In this document: piece by piece, positions 29,412-40,208 of the stretch | How the letters are laid out: the number at the start of each line of letters is the position of its first letter | Position numbering within the stretch: the first letter of the stretch is position 1 | From: Desulfatiglandales bacterium | GTDB lineage: Bacteria; Desulfobacterota; DSM-4660; Desulfatiglandales; HGW-15 | Direction: 5' to 3' | Assembly (NCBI GenBank): GCA_963667015.2 | Contig: CAXXJJ010000001.1 | Coordinates: 2,368,001-2,432,000, forward strand | DNA length: 64,000 bases | Translations under genes and position numbers: made by a program | Notes under the pieces: model-generated | Seen by the model: the letters and a program-made list of their open reading frames with translations, nothing else | The model's database searches: none | Told to the model about the DNA's origin: nothing

Positions 29412-29846
29412 GTTTGGAAGCGAGGCGCTGAACATCTTCCTGCGTGAAATACTTTCAAGCAGGTCCTGGACTTCATTAACTTCCAGGGGCTTTTTAATAT
29501 AATACAGGGTCTGTTGTTTTTTATTTTTTTCCCCGATCTCATATTCGTCTGTATCGGTTGAAACAACATTGTAAGCCCCTACTACCTCTTTAATTCTTGA
29601 TATCATCTGAATACCGTCCCTGCCTGTAAGGCTCATATTGATTGTAATTAAATCATTACGGGTACTCGTTGCAGCCTGGATGGCATGCCGGTAGCATTCG
29701 GCAACAATTACCCTGTTGCCGAAACTCGAAATATTTTTTTCAAGGACAGTATTTACCTGCTTTTTATCTACAATAAGGACTGTTATTATTTCACGTCCCG
29801 GTTGTCTTTTAATTCTATTATTGGTCTGAGTGTTTAAATTTTCCAT
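29409..29846 (-). CDS. Atypical response-regulator receiver domain
   Basis: VLIVD, DLITIN (Asp replaced by Asn), DG, YYIKKPL. Confidence 0.7.
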   Translation of the reverse strand: MENLNTQTNNRIKRQPGREIITVLIVDKKQVNTVLEKNISSFGNRVIVAECYRHAIQAATSTRNDLITINMSLTGRDGIQMISRIKEVVGAYNVVSTDTDEYEIGEKNKKQQTLYYIKKPLEVNEVQDLLESISRRKMFSASLPN

Positions 29847-30421
29847 AATTTAAAAAACACAATCCTTTCTAAATTTTTGAATAATGGAGAAGCATACTCA
29901 AGAAAATCAACCTTCTCTAAACGCGATGTTTCTAAATATAATAGACTGTTATGGTTAGATATAGTTCCATAAATCGTGCCAAACTGGACTGATAGGGTAT
30001 AACATGCTGATAACACATCGAAATCAGGTGATGTAGTATGGCGCTGATGTTTTTTTGGTAAAATTCCCATGGGGTAATAGGTGCTCAAAAAATGTGATAA
30101 TATGTTGTAAGTAAATGATATATCAGGCTATATCCATTAGGAGAAAAATGTTGGACATTATGGGGAAACCTTTCCCCATTAAATTGGAGGGCATAAATTT
30201 AAGGCTTCAGCCTGCTCCTTTAATATTAAATATTGATCTTAAACCCTTATTCGTATAATGATTTATTGTAGATTGATTTACCTCAGGCGGAAAAACTTTT
30301 CGCTCAAATATTGTTTTCAAATCATCTTGAAATTTTAACAGGTCACTGTTTATTCTTTAATGACACTGAACAATAAACCTGAAACCGGAGAATAAAACTT
30401 ATTTACAGTCGGAGGAGCAAT

Positions 30422-31965
30422 ATGAAATTTATTGGAAGAAGAGATTTTATTAAGGCCGCTGTTACAACCGGAATGGCTGCAGGATTAAGCCGGTTTATTC
30501 CGGGAGTATGGCTGGAATCTGCACGAGCCGCATCTCCCGGATTTTTCGATTCCGAGTTCGGTATCACCGATTCCCTGTGCCGAAAGGTCCTTGACAGGGC
30601 ACTTTCAAAGGGCGGAGACTTTGCTGATCTCTATTTTGAACATACCGTATCCAATTATGTAGGTCTTGAGGATGGTAAGGTCAACAGGGTAACGGGGAAT
30701 ATTGATCTTGGAGTGGGTATACGCACTGTAAAGGGAGACCAGACAGGATACGGCTTCACCCAGGAACTGACTGAAGAATCCATGCTGGCGGCTGCTTCAA
30801 CTGCTGCGAGCATAGCCGACGGGTCATCAAAAAAGGCAGCCAGGAAATTCATCACTCCTGTAATTAAAAATTATTATCCCCTTACAAGACTTCTTTCCGA
30901 TGTTCCGCTTTCCTCGAAACTTCCCTTTGTAAAAAGGGTGAATGAAAGATGTTTTGCCCTTTCCAGCCTTGTCACCAAGGTCAATGTTACATTCCATGAC
31001 CAGCAGAAAAGGGTACTTATCGTAAACAGTGACGGTGTGAGGGTGGATGACATTCTTCCCCTGAACTTCATCTATTCTAACGTTGTAGCAGAAAAGGATG
31101 GCAGAAAGGAAAGGTCAGGCTGGAATTTTGGAGGCAGGCATGAGTTTTCCTATTACACCAATGATGTTATGGACAGGCTGGCGGAAGAGTCGGTGTCCCG
31201 TGCATTAATTCTCTTTGATGCGGTTCAGCCGCCTGCAGGCGAAATGCCGGTAGTGCTTGGTCCGGGTATAACCGGAATCCTCCTTCACGAGGCCATAGGT
31301 CACGGTATGGAAGCTGACTTTAATCGCAAGGGCACATCGACCTATGCGGAAATGATTGGTAAGAAGGTCGCAGAACCCTTTGTGAACATATCGTCGACAA
31401 CGGCACCAATGAGCGTCAGCTCGGAGCCATTAATATAGATGATGAAGGCACTGTCTCCCGGAGTACAAACCTTGTTGAAAAAGGTATACTGACAGGCTAC
31501 CTGCATGACAGGATTTCTGCAAAACATTATAATGTCAATCCCACAGGAAACGGTCGCAGAGAGAGCTATCAATATTATCCCATGCCGAGAATGAGAAATA
31601 CATATATGCTCCCGGGCGAGACAAAGCCTGAGGATGTCATAAAATCGGTTAAAAAGGGTATTTATGTAAAAAATATGAGTAATGGAGAGGTAAAGATAGG
31701 AGAAGGTGATTTTGCCTTTTATGTATCCCAGGGAAATATGATTGAAGACGGCAGGATTACAAGACCCATAAAGGATGTGAACATCATGGGAAACGGCCCC
31801 AGGATGCTGCAGAATATTACAATGGTTGCCGATGACCTGGAAATGTATCAGGGCGGAACCGGAAGGTGCGGTAAAAACGGCCAGAGTGTACCGGTTTCCT
31901 TTGGACTGCCCACCTGTCTGGTAAAATCCATGACAGTGGGCGGCCTGCAAAAACAGGGGGCGTAA
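30422..31965 (+). pseudogene. tldD: TldD-family metalloprotease with Tat signal, split by a frameshift near 31390
   Basis: RRDFIK signal, GGDFADLYFE, LLHEAIGHGMEAD; continues after AAC ATA TC GTC GAC as VDNGT...DDEG...TGNGRRESY...PMPRMRNT...CGKNGQ. Confidence 0.85.
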
Positions 31966-31967
31966 TT

Positions 31968-33290
31968 ATGAGTAAAGAGATGATTGATATATGTGAGTCT
32001 GTTTTAAAAACAGCCCGCAGGGCAGGGGCTGCCGATTGCCGTGTTGCCTTTAATAAAAGCCGGTTTGTTGAGGTCGGATACCGGGAGCATAAGCCGGAAC
32101 TCGTCAGTGAAGCATCCACTCAGAATATTGGCATACAGGTTTTTGTAGATGGTTGTTTTTCCAGCCGGAGTACATCTGATTTAAGAAAAGACGCGCTTAA
32201 GTCTTTTGTCTCAGATACTGTAGAGTCGGCAAGACTGCTTGAGAAGGACCCATTCAGGAGTCTGCCCGATCCCCGATATTACAGTGGGCGAACCGGTACT
32301 GACCTGAAGATAGCCGATCCCAAATTTAACACCATTACACCGGAGCAGCGCCATGCAATTGCCAAAGATCTGGAAACCGCCTGCCTGAAGGCCGGAGGCG
32401 ACAGGGTTATATCTGTGAGCACCACTGTATATGATGTTGTTAATGAGGAGGCAGTCCTCACAGGCAATGGTTTTTCCGGTGAACAAAAATCCACGCTCTG
32501 TTATGCTGTAGGGGAGATGACTGCCCGGGATGAAGGCGATCGCAAACCGAACGGCTATGATTATGCGGTTGGCAGGTCCTACAATGATTTACCCTCCTGC
32601 AGCGAACTCGGCAAAAATACCGCATCGCGGACCATGGACCTGATGGGCTGTAAAAAGATACCCACTGAAACACTGCCTGTAATTATAGAGAACCGCAATG
32701 TCAGCAACGTACTTAATCAATTTACCTCGGCCATGAGCGGCGGGGCACTTCAGCAGAAACAGTCCTTTCTCCTTGATAAGAAGGGAAAAAAGATTGGCAG
32801 TGATATCTTTACCCTTATTGACGATCCCCATATAATCGGAGGCCTTGGCAGCCGGGTTTATGATGGTGACGGGTTTGCAACAAAGAAACGGGTCATGATT
32901 GAAAAAGGTGTGCTTAATGAATACTTCATTGACTGGTACCGCAGCCGGAAACTTGGGGTTGAACCTACTACTGGGGGACCCTCAAACCTGGTATTGCCTC
33001 CGGGTAAACGGTCCCTGGCAGAGATTATGAAGGACCTGGGAAGAGGTATCTTTATAAACGGTTTCATTGGAGGGAACTCCAACTCCAATACCGGCGATTT
33101 CTCCATGGGCATAACCGGTAAGCTGTTTGACAATGGCGAATTCACTCAAAACGTGGCGGAGATGAACATTGCCGACAACCATCTTGAATTCTGGAACAAG
33201 CTGGTCGAGGCTGCCAATGATCCCTGGACATACAGCGATATTTATACCCCGAGCCTTGTTTTTAAGGATATTGTTGTTTCAGGTATTTAG
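31968..33290 (+). CDS. pmbA: PmbA/TldE family protein
   Basis: SFLLDKKG, DDPH..GGLGSR..DGDG, NTGDFS, EMNIA. Confidence 0.85.
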   Translation: MSKEMIDICESVLKTARRAGAADCRVAFNKSRFVEVGYREHKPELVSEASTQNIGIQVFVDGCFSSRSTSDLRKDALKSFVSDTVESARLLEKDPFRSLPDPRYYSGRTGTDLKIADPKFNTITPEQRHAIAKDLETACLKAGGDRVISVSTTVYDVVNEEAVLTGNGFSGEQKSTLCYAVGEMTARDEGDRKPNGYDYAVGRSYNDLPSCSELGKNTASRTMDLMGCKKIPTETLPVIIENRNVSNVLNQFTSAMSGGALQQKQSFLLDKKGKKIGSDIFTLIDDPHIIGGLGSRVYDGDGFATKKRVMIEKGVLNEYFIDWYRSRKLGVEPTTGGPSNLVLPPGKRSLAEIMKDLGRGIFINGFIGGNSNSNTGDFSMGITGKLFDNGEFTQNVAEMNIADNHLEFWNKLVEAANDPWTYSDIYTPSLVFKDIVVSGI

Positions 33291-33312
33291 CCTGCAATGA
33301 TGGAGTAAACGC

Positions 33313-34263
33313 ATGAAAATGGATAGTATAAAACATATCGGCATAATCGGTACCGGTATGATGGCGTCAAGCATGGCTGTGCTGACAACCGGCCACGGTT
33401 ATAAAACTACAGTGTTTGCAAGATCATCCGAAAGGGCGGAAAGCTGCAGGGCAGGTATGGATGGTTACTACAGGGAGATTTCAGATAAGAACCTTATAAC
33501 CAGAGAACAGGTTGATATATGCATGAATTATCTGAACTTTGCATTCACATACGATGACCTGGAGGATGTTGATGTCTTTTACGAGTGTGTGGCAGAGGTA
33601 CCGGAAACAAAACATGCGGTCTACAGGGAGATAGAAGGGCATTGTCCTGATGTGAAAGCGATCTGCTCGGTCAGTTCATCCATAGTTGTCGAGGATCTTG
33701 TTAAGGGCATAAACAAATATGCAGATCGTGTTGTTGTTACACACCCCTTTAATCCTCCTCATATGGTCCCTTTTTTTGAACTGGCAAAGGGAAGCAGTAC
33801 AGCAGATGGTGTTGTCGAGTTTGCTGCTGAGCTGCTTACTGCCATGGATCGGAAACCCGTAATATTAAAAAAGAGCGCTCCTGGTTTTATCGGGAACCGG
33901 CTTCAGTTTGCCCTCTGGAGAGAGGTGCTTTACCTGGTTGAAAACGGAATAGCCGACCCGAAGGATATTGACACCTGCCTTATGTACAGTTTCTGTCCCA
34001 GGTATACCTCAATAGGAATATTTGAACATTTTGACAACGGCGGAATGCAGCTGAACTACAATGTTGTCAAAACACTCTTTCCGCTTTTAAGCGATCAAAA
34101 GGAAGTGCCAAAGGTCATCACAGACAGGATGGAGGCAGGCGACATGGGGCAGAAGTCCGGAAGGGGCTTTTATGACTGGCATAATGTTGACATGGATGAA
34201 TACAGGGAGAGGGTGAGTGCGCCCTACTGGAGATTTTTTAACTGGGATTATCCTGAGAAATAG
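33313..34263 (+). CDS. 3-hydroxyacyl-CoA dehydrogenase family protein
   Basis: IIGTGMMA, ECVAE, HPFNPPH, PGFIGNRLQ, GQKSGRGFY. Confidence 0.9.
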   Translation: MKMDSIKHIGIIGTGMMASSMAVLTTGHGYKTTVFARSSERAESCRAGMDGYYREISDKNLITREQVDICMNYLNFAFTYDDLEDVDVFYECVAEVPETKHAVYREIEGHCPDVKAICSVSSSIVVEDLVKGINKYADRVVVTHPFNPPHMVPFFELAKGSSTADGVVEFAAELLTAMDRKPVILKKSAPGFIGNRLQFALWREVLYLVENGIADPKDIDTCLMYSFCPRYTSIGIFEHFDNGGMQLNYNVVKTLFPLLSDQKEVPKVITDRMEAGDMGQKSGRGFYDWHNVDMDEYRERVSAPYWRFFNWDYPEK

Positions 34264-34361
34264 CTGTATTTTCCGGGCTGAAAGGGAAAGGAATGAGAAC
34301 GCGGCCCCGCTCTTCTTAAGAGCTTCTTCTCTATGCTGCAGGTGAACGGAGCCTCTATCCA

Positions 34362-35291
34362 TTACACGATCAGAACGGCAGCCTGCGTAACCATGTTCAG
34401 GATTTTCGTGCTTACCCTGCCCATGAGAAATTCTTCAACAGCGGTTATTCCGCGTCTTCCCACCACAAGGGTCCCATAGCCTTCTTTTTTGGCCTTGGCA
34501 ACCAGTGCCGCTGCCCGGCTTGTTTTCTTTTTAAGAATATCTCTGGAAATCTGATCGGGTAAAAAGCCGGCACTTTTAAGCCTCTGTTCCGCTTTTTTAA
34601 ATGCCGGTTCAATAAGTTTTTTATTTTCATCGATCCATCTTGCTTCCTCTGTGGAACTGAAATACTTTGTCAGGCCGTAATGGATTCCCATTGGCCTTAT
34701 AACATGACACAGTGTAACTTCACAGTCTGTATTTCCCATAAGTCTCCCGACACAACCTACTGCCTTCATTGCCCCCTCAGAGCCATCAAAGCCCACAAGG
34801 ATCTTTTTTGAGGCAGGTTTTCCACCGACAGTAAGTATAGGAGTATCAGGAATCTTTCCTATGAGCTTGGCTGCAACACTTCCCATTATCGTGTCTTTTA
34901 TGTTGCTTGCGCCGGTACGCCCTGCAACAACAAGACTGTAGTGCTTTTCTGATTCTTTTATAATATCCCGTGCAATTCCGATCTTTTTTGATTGAATCTT
35001 TATCTTCACTGATTCAGGAGGAAATCCGTCATTTGTTAGAATTTTTTTTGCATCATCCATGAATTTTTCCATACTGCTATTTAACTGGTAGGCCCATGCA
35101 TTTGCAGAAGCTACACTTGAACTGAATCCGGGTTCTCTGGATAGATCAAGAAAGGGCTCGGGTAAATCTACTTTCACATTGAATAAAACAACTTCGGTTT
35201 TTTGTGCCGGGAAAAGATGGCTTATGTACTTTACCTCATTCATTGCCTGATCAGATCCGTCTAAAACCACCAGTATTTTTCTTTTCATCAT
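34362..35291 (-). CDS. Universal stress protein (tandem USP domains)
   Basis: KILVVLDGS / KILVGFDGS, GRTG..MGSVA, GRRG..MGRVS. Confidence 0.9.
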   Translation of the reverse strand: MMKRKILVVLDGSDQAMNEVKYISHLFPAQKTEVVLFNVKVDLPEPFLDLSREPGFSSSVASANAWAYQLNSSMEKFMDDAKKILTNDGFPPESVKIKIQSKKIGIARDIIKESEKHYSLVVAGRTGASNIKDTIMGSVAAKLIGKIPDTPILTVGGKPASKKILVGFDGSEGAMKAVGCVGRLMGNTDCEVTLCHVIRPMGIHYGLTKYFSSTEEARWIDENKKLIEPAFKKAEQRLKSAGFLPDQISRDILKKKTSRAAALVAKAKKEGYGTLVVGRRGITAVEEFLMGRVSTKILNMVTQAAVLIV

Positions 35292-35726
35292 ATCTCCTTT
35301 TTTGAGAAGTAATTCTATAATTTTAATATGCGTTCATTCAGCACTGACAGAGGTAGTATGCAGAACTGTAATTTTAATCAGTTCAAGATTTGTACCGTAA
35401 ATGAAAATGAATTATTGTTGTTATATTAATGGTTTATGTTTAATGTCAGGGCCGTGGCAGATTCCATATTGTTGATATGCTTTTCAAAATGAAAAAATAC
35501 CTGACACCTAATCTGTCTAAAGATCAGCGTGGGATTATCAGAAGTGGCTTATACAGGAAAGGTAAAAGGGAGGCTGATTGCGGTTATCTCAGGCGGCCTT
35601 TTATTATTCATTGATCACTGTGTTTAACCATAAATTCCAGGTGATGAACCATAAACCCCGCTTTTATGTTCTTGAATTTTGTCTAAAAAAAACTTAAATC
35701 TAAGGCATCATCCGGATGCTTGATTT

Positions 35727-36584
35727 TTGAAAGGCTTTTTAAAATTCATGAGATCTATCTATTACACACTGCGGTTTCGCGGCAATAGAATTATCCTTCT
35801 TCTGTTATTATCCTTAATCCTTAGCTTTTTTTTAAGCTGCAGGACTCCTATATATATATCAGAGGAAAACTATATTCCGCCTGTGAAAGATATTAAAACA
35901 GAGCCGGTTGCGCCCCCTGTTACAGAAGCAGCTATCCCCCTGATGGAGTATGCCATTCAGGCGGGTGCCTTTTCAAGTATTGGAAACGCGGTAAGGTTTA
36001 CCGAATCCCTCCAGAAACTCGGGCTTGAACCCTATTATTTTAAGGATTCCGGCTTTTACAAGGTTCGGTTTGGTGATTTCCCGTCCAGGGAGCTGGCACT
36101 GGTCAAGGGCAAATGAGCTTCGTGAAAACGGCCTGATCGCAGGAGTTTTATATCATAGGGCCCGGGGACTATCAAAAGGGAAAAGATAAAGACCCTCAAT
36201 CCAATAAACGACCTGAGAAATGAGATTGTGCGTACTGCAAAGAGCTTCATCGGCATCCCCTATCGCTTTGGGGGTGAAAATGCAAAGGACGGGTTTGACT
36301 GCAGCGGGCTTACCATGGCCTCCTACCGGCTAAACGGGCTCAAACTTCCCAGAAACAGTCGACAGCAGTGGGCCGCCGGGAAGGCCATAGATAAGCAGGA
36401 TGCCATGGCAGGGGACCTTGTCTTTTTTGATACCCTGGGAAAGGGTAAAGTATCACATGTGGGGATATATATTGGAAACGGAGAATTTATCCACGCTCCG
36501 AGAACGGGTAAAACAATCCGGATTGCATCACTGTCAAGCAGCTATTTTAAAAAATGTTATCTGGGCACGAAAACATATTTATAG
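35727..36584 (+). pseudogene. SPOR + NlpC/P60 lipoprotein peptidoglycan hydrolase, interrupted by several frameshifts at 36105-36180
   Basis: Lipobox-like FLSC; YAIQAGAFS...YKVRFG (SPOR); GIPYRFGG, FDCSGL, LPRNS, SHVGIY, FIHAP (NlpC/P60). Confidence 0.8.
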
Positions 36585-36701
36585 ATCCTGCCCCGCTTAA
36601 ATTTTTACCGGATGATGGTCAGTATTTTCTGTTGATCACTGTTTTACAGCAATAAACCCTGAAGATTAGACTCAGATATAAGTCCGGAAGGAAAACAGGA
36701 T

Positions 36702-37619
36702 ATGAAAAAGAATATGCTGATTAGAATATTAATCCCTCTTATGATTCTCCTTGCCTCAATTCAGGGTGCTTATGCAGATGGTCTTTCTCTGAAGCGCGTA
36801 GACACTTCGGTGCTTAAAAGCCTGGATAATTTCAATGTAACTGATCTTCATCCGCCATATATGGATGCATTAAAACCAGTCAAGTACATTGATAAAAATT
36901 CATTTGCTGCAAAGGTACGTGAAATCAGTCTCAGGCTGTATTCCGGCAAGGCATATGACCCGGAAAGTAAATCCTATGAAAAGCCGGGCAGATATTACCT
37001 GGAGATATATAAGACAAACACGTCTGTTTTGTATGAATTTGAAAACATCCGGCAGATTCAGGATATTATGCGAATCAGGAGCGGAGGTATGTATCTCCCC
37101 ATTCGGCTCCAGGCAACGGTCACAGAACCCCCTGAAGATGATGGGACCACCGTTGGTTCTCCATACCCCATTTACGAAATAGGCCTCAGGTTTGAGGATA
37201 CTGAAACACTCAGCCTTGAATCATTAAATATTGTTGTATCGAAGCTGCCGCAGATTCCTGTATTCATATCAACGGTAGTTACTCATTCCGAGTATAACAG
37301 GATGCTTGGAAGGGCCATTGTCTATGAGCAGTATGAGGCCCCGTCCTTTATGGTTGTGGAGCTGTTTGAACCAACGGGGCCCTTTCCTGAGCATACGAAG
37401 GCATCCAAAAGAATTGATGTTTGTTCAAATGAATTGACCTGCAAAGAATACAGGAGGCTGTCAGGAGAGTCTTCCTATGGCGGCGGTCCGTCAAACGTTG
37501 AATGGGACGGCTTAACACTGAGGTATAAAGTAGGTGTCGGCAAAAAACGATTCTCCTGCGCACTTAATGGCCTGGATGAAAACAATTTTGATTCCTATTG
37601 TCATCCGGATGTGAGGTGA
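36702..37619 (+). CDS. Secreted hypothetical protein
   Basis: Signal peptide ending AYA; 305-aa ORF; no recognised family. Confidence 0.7.
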   Translation: MKKNMLIRILIPLMILLASIQGAYADGLSLKRVDTSVLKSLDNFNVTDLHPPYMDALKPVKYIDKNSFAAKVREISLRLYSGKAYDPESKSYEKPGRYYLEIYKTNTSVLYEFENIRQIQDIMRIRSGGMYLPIRLQATVTEPPEDDGTTVGSPYPIYEIGLRFEDTETLSLESLNIVVSKLPQIPVFISTVVTHSEYNRMLGRAIVYEQYEAPSFMVVELFEPTGPFPEHTKASKRIDVCSNELTCKEYRRLSGESSYGGGPSNVEWDGLTLRYKVGVGKKRFSCALNGLDENNFDSYCHPDVR

Positions 37620-37668
37620 AAAAGACCGGCATTCCTTTTTGACAGATGTTCTGTCTCGTTTGGATATT

Positions 37669-39153
37669 TCAGGATAGTTTCATTACACCGGTTATGCAGT
37701 CAGGCAGTGTTTCCTGATGATGTGTAACATAGATAATGGCAATATCGCTTATACCTGCCATCATATCGATTATGCCCTTAAAATGTTTCTGCTGGCGCGT
37801 GTCCAATCCGGCGCAGGGTTCGTCAAGCAGTAATAAGTACGGGGCTTTAACCAGGGACCTTGCGAGCAGGCACAGACGTTTCTGGCTGTTTGAGACCTCA
37901 TACAAAAAATGATCTTTAATCTCAGGCAATCCCATGATCTCCATCCACTGTTCTGCAATCTGCCTGTTTTCCTCTGTAGTCCTTTTAAATAAGCCGATAG
38001 TGTCATAAAATCCTGATTCAACCACCTGGGTACAGTTATAGGTGTCAGGAAAATACAGTTGAAGCTCCGGTGACATGAAACCGATTCGTTTTTTTATATC
38101 CCATATGCTTTCGCCCGTGCCACGCTTCCTCCCAAAAAGTGTCATATCGTTTGCATAGGCCTGTGGGTGGTCTGCATTTATGAGAGCCAGCAGTGTGGAT
38201 TTACCTGACCCGTTGGGGCCTGACAATGCCCAGCGCTCTCCCTGTTTAACCTTCCAGTTGATATTGTCAAAAATAATATTTTCGCCATAGGCAACACGAA
38301 CATTTTTCATGGATACCAGTATGTCCGAAGCAAGCCTGTCCCTGGGGTGTAAAAGCTGTTTGATTTTATCGGCATCCGGCACACTCAAATTCCGTGTTTC
38401 CCACTGTGCCGGATTAAAATCTGATCTCCTAAAAATATTAACTCCCCTGTTTTTTTCTGTCACCGCTATGTGTGTGATGATTCCAGAAATTTCATTCGGG
38501 TCTGTTACCATGACCATGGTAATGCCCGATTGAGCTATCTGATAAAAAATGGTTTCAAATTTATTCCTGGTATCCACATCCAGTCCGGAAAGTGGGTTGT
38601 CAAGAAGCAGTAAAATGGGATTTTTTAATAGGGCCGTGCCTATCCGCACACGTTTGGACTCGCCGTTTGAAAGCTTTGTCAGATGTTTTTTGCGAAGGGA
38701 TGACAGGTTAAATGTCTCATAGACCCTGTCAAGGTTCCATTGTCCGGAAGATTTATTTTCTTCTGCAATCTGTTCAAGATAATCTTCCAGGATTAGGGCG
38801 TCATCGGAAAACTCTGCATTGAAACGCTGCTGATAAAATGAATGCTGAACATTGCCTCCCAGTAAATCGTTATGAGAGGGCACAAAAGCAATCAGGCTTC
38901 TGTGTGAAAAGAGCGGGTCTGATATTGAATGGGACTTGAGATATTCCCGGAAGTAATAATTGGAGATTGAGCCTGCGGATAGAAAACCCCGGCCTGCCAG
39001 AAGCTCCAGCAATGCACTCTTGCCTGATCCGCTCTCACCAATAATGGCCCAGTGCTCTCCCTGGTTTATGGTTAAATTAAACCCCGCAAAAATTACCTTT
39101 CCACGGAATTTTAATGTGGCATCTTCTATTGCCAGTATTTCAGGTGTTTTCAT
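37669..39153 (-). CDS. ABC ATPase with two nucleotide-binding domains (ModF-like)
   Basis: GESGSGKS, LSNGE, LLLDNP; GPNGSGKST, ADHPQAYAN, GESIWDIKKRIG, LLLDEP. Confidence 0.85.
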   Translation of the reverse strand: MKTPEILAIEDATLKFRGKVIFAGFNLTINQGEHWAIIGESGSGKSALLELLAGRGFLSAGSISNYYFREYLKSHSISDPLFSHRSLIAFVPSHNDLLGGNVQHSFYQQRFNAEFSDDALILEDYLEQIAEENKSSGQWNLDRVYETFNLSSLRKKHLTKLSNGESKRVRIGTALLKNPILLLLDNPLSGLDVDTRNKFETIFYQIAQSGITMVMVTDPNEISGIITHIAVTEKNRGVNIFRRSDFNPAQWETRNLSVPDADKIKQLLHPRDRLASDILVSMKNVRVAYGENIIFDNINWKVKQGERWALSGPNGSGKSTLLALINADHPQAYANDMTLFGRKRGTGESIWDIKKRIGFMSPELQLYFPDTYNCTQVVESGFYDTIGLFKRTTEENRQIAEQWMEIMGLPEIKDHFLYEVSNSQKRLCLLARSLVKAPYLLLLDEPCAGLDTRQQKHFKGIIDMMAGISDIAIIYVTHHQETLPDCITGVMKLS

Positions 39154-39279
39154 AAACAGTAGATCCTGGGAAAATTACTCTTGTTTACATCATCAGTAAA
39201 ACATATTATGCCTATTAGTAAGGCATTAACAAAAAGTCAACAGGAGTCAAACAAAGAATTGGCTGAAGGATGAAAGCTA

Positions 39280-39618
39280 TCCGGAAATTGTGATACAGCA
39301 CCAGCGTCATGAGATGCATCAATTGTCATCTCAAGTCCGGCTAAGGGGCAGCGGGATAAATTCCAGGAGAGATTCTGCAAACGTAGGGGCACGACGCATC
39401 GTGCCCATTATTTCAGAGTCCATCGAAATGACATATCAGGGCATTACATCGTTGACGCGATGCTGAAGGCTATTCGGAAATTGTGATCCAGCTCCAGCGT
39501 CATTCCCCGACTGCGATCTGAAGGGGAATCCAGCTCCAGCGTCATTCCCCGACTGGATCGGGGAATCCAGAGTTCTGTAATCAATTCTACTGGATGCCAG
39601 ATCAAGTCTGGCATGACG
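39280..39618. repeat. Mosaic of intergenic palindromic repeats (GTCATTCCC...GGGAATCCAG type, GTAG REP, TGTCATCTC...GGAGAGAT type)
   Basis: 28-nt direct repeat ATCCAGCTCCAGCGTCATTCCCCGACTG (39486, 39528); REP 39383-39406; 25-mer 39349-73 recurs inverted at 43725-49. Confidence 0.75.
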
Positions 39619-39743
39619 AATCGGTGAAACAGGCATTTAGATATATTAATAACTGCGTAAAATCTACAGGTCTGGCTTAGCCGGCTAACACGACCATGCC
39701 TAAAAGACATGGATTTAGATACTGCTTAAAAAAGGAGAAATAA

Positions 39744-40181
39744 ATGGAACCCAAACCGGAACAGGCGCCTCCGGAGTATGGACCGCCCATTTCACTTGAG
39801 CTTGCAAAAAAGGTAATGGCTGCTGCAGAGGCTGAAGCAGCTGCAAACAACTGGGCCGTAGCTATCGTTATTGTGGACAGCGGAGCAAATCCTGTCATGC
39901 TGCACAAACTGGATCAGACACAGCTGTCGAGTATGGATCTTGCTCAGGCAAAGGCTGAGACAGCAGTGAGTTATAAGTGTCCGACCAGGTTGTGGCAGGA
40001 CCTGCTTGCTTCGGGCGGTGAGGAGCTGCGCCTTATTACCATGAAGAGTATCATTGCTCTTGAAGGAGGTATTCCGCTTATTATAGATGGAAAAATTATA
40101 GGGGCCATTGGAGTGTCAGGGGTGTTTCCAATGCAGGATTCACAGGTTGCTGCAGCAGGGGCAGATGCCCTGGCCGGCTGA
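39744..40181 (+). CDS. GlcG/HbpS-family heme-binding protein
   Basis: ISLELAKK, AIVIVDSG, AKAETA, GGIPL...IGAIGVSG. Confidence 0.9.
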   Translation: MEPKPEQAPPEYGPPISLELAKKVMAAAEAEAAANNWAVAIVIVDSGANPVMLHKLDQTQLSSMDLAQAKAETAVSYKCPTRLWQDLLASGGEELRLITMKSIIALEGGIPLIIDGKIIGAIGVSGVFPMQDSQVAAAGADALAG

Positions 40182-40208
40182 TACGGAATACCTGGGACTT
40201 AAGTAATC

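Noticed and set aside
36114..36116. TGA as selenocysteine or readthrough codon
   Set aside because: Further stops follow in the same frame; the homologous sequence continues in other frames
39486..39555. 28-nt direct repeat as a CRISPR array
   Set aside because: Only two copies, with a 14-nt gap that is part of a palindrome; no cas genes
39436..39710. Short ORFs over the repeat mosaic
   Set aside because: They are translations of palindromic repeats (WIPRSSRGMT)
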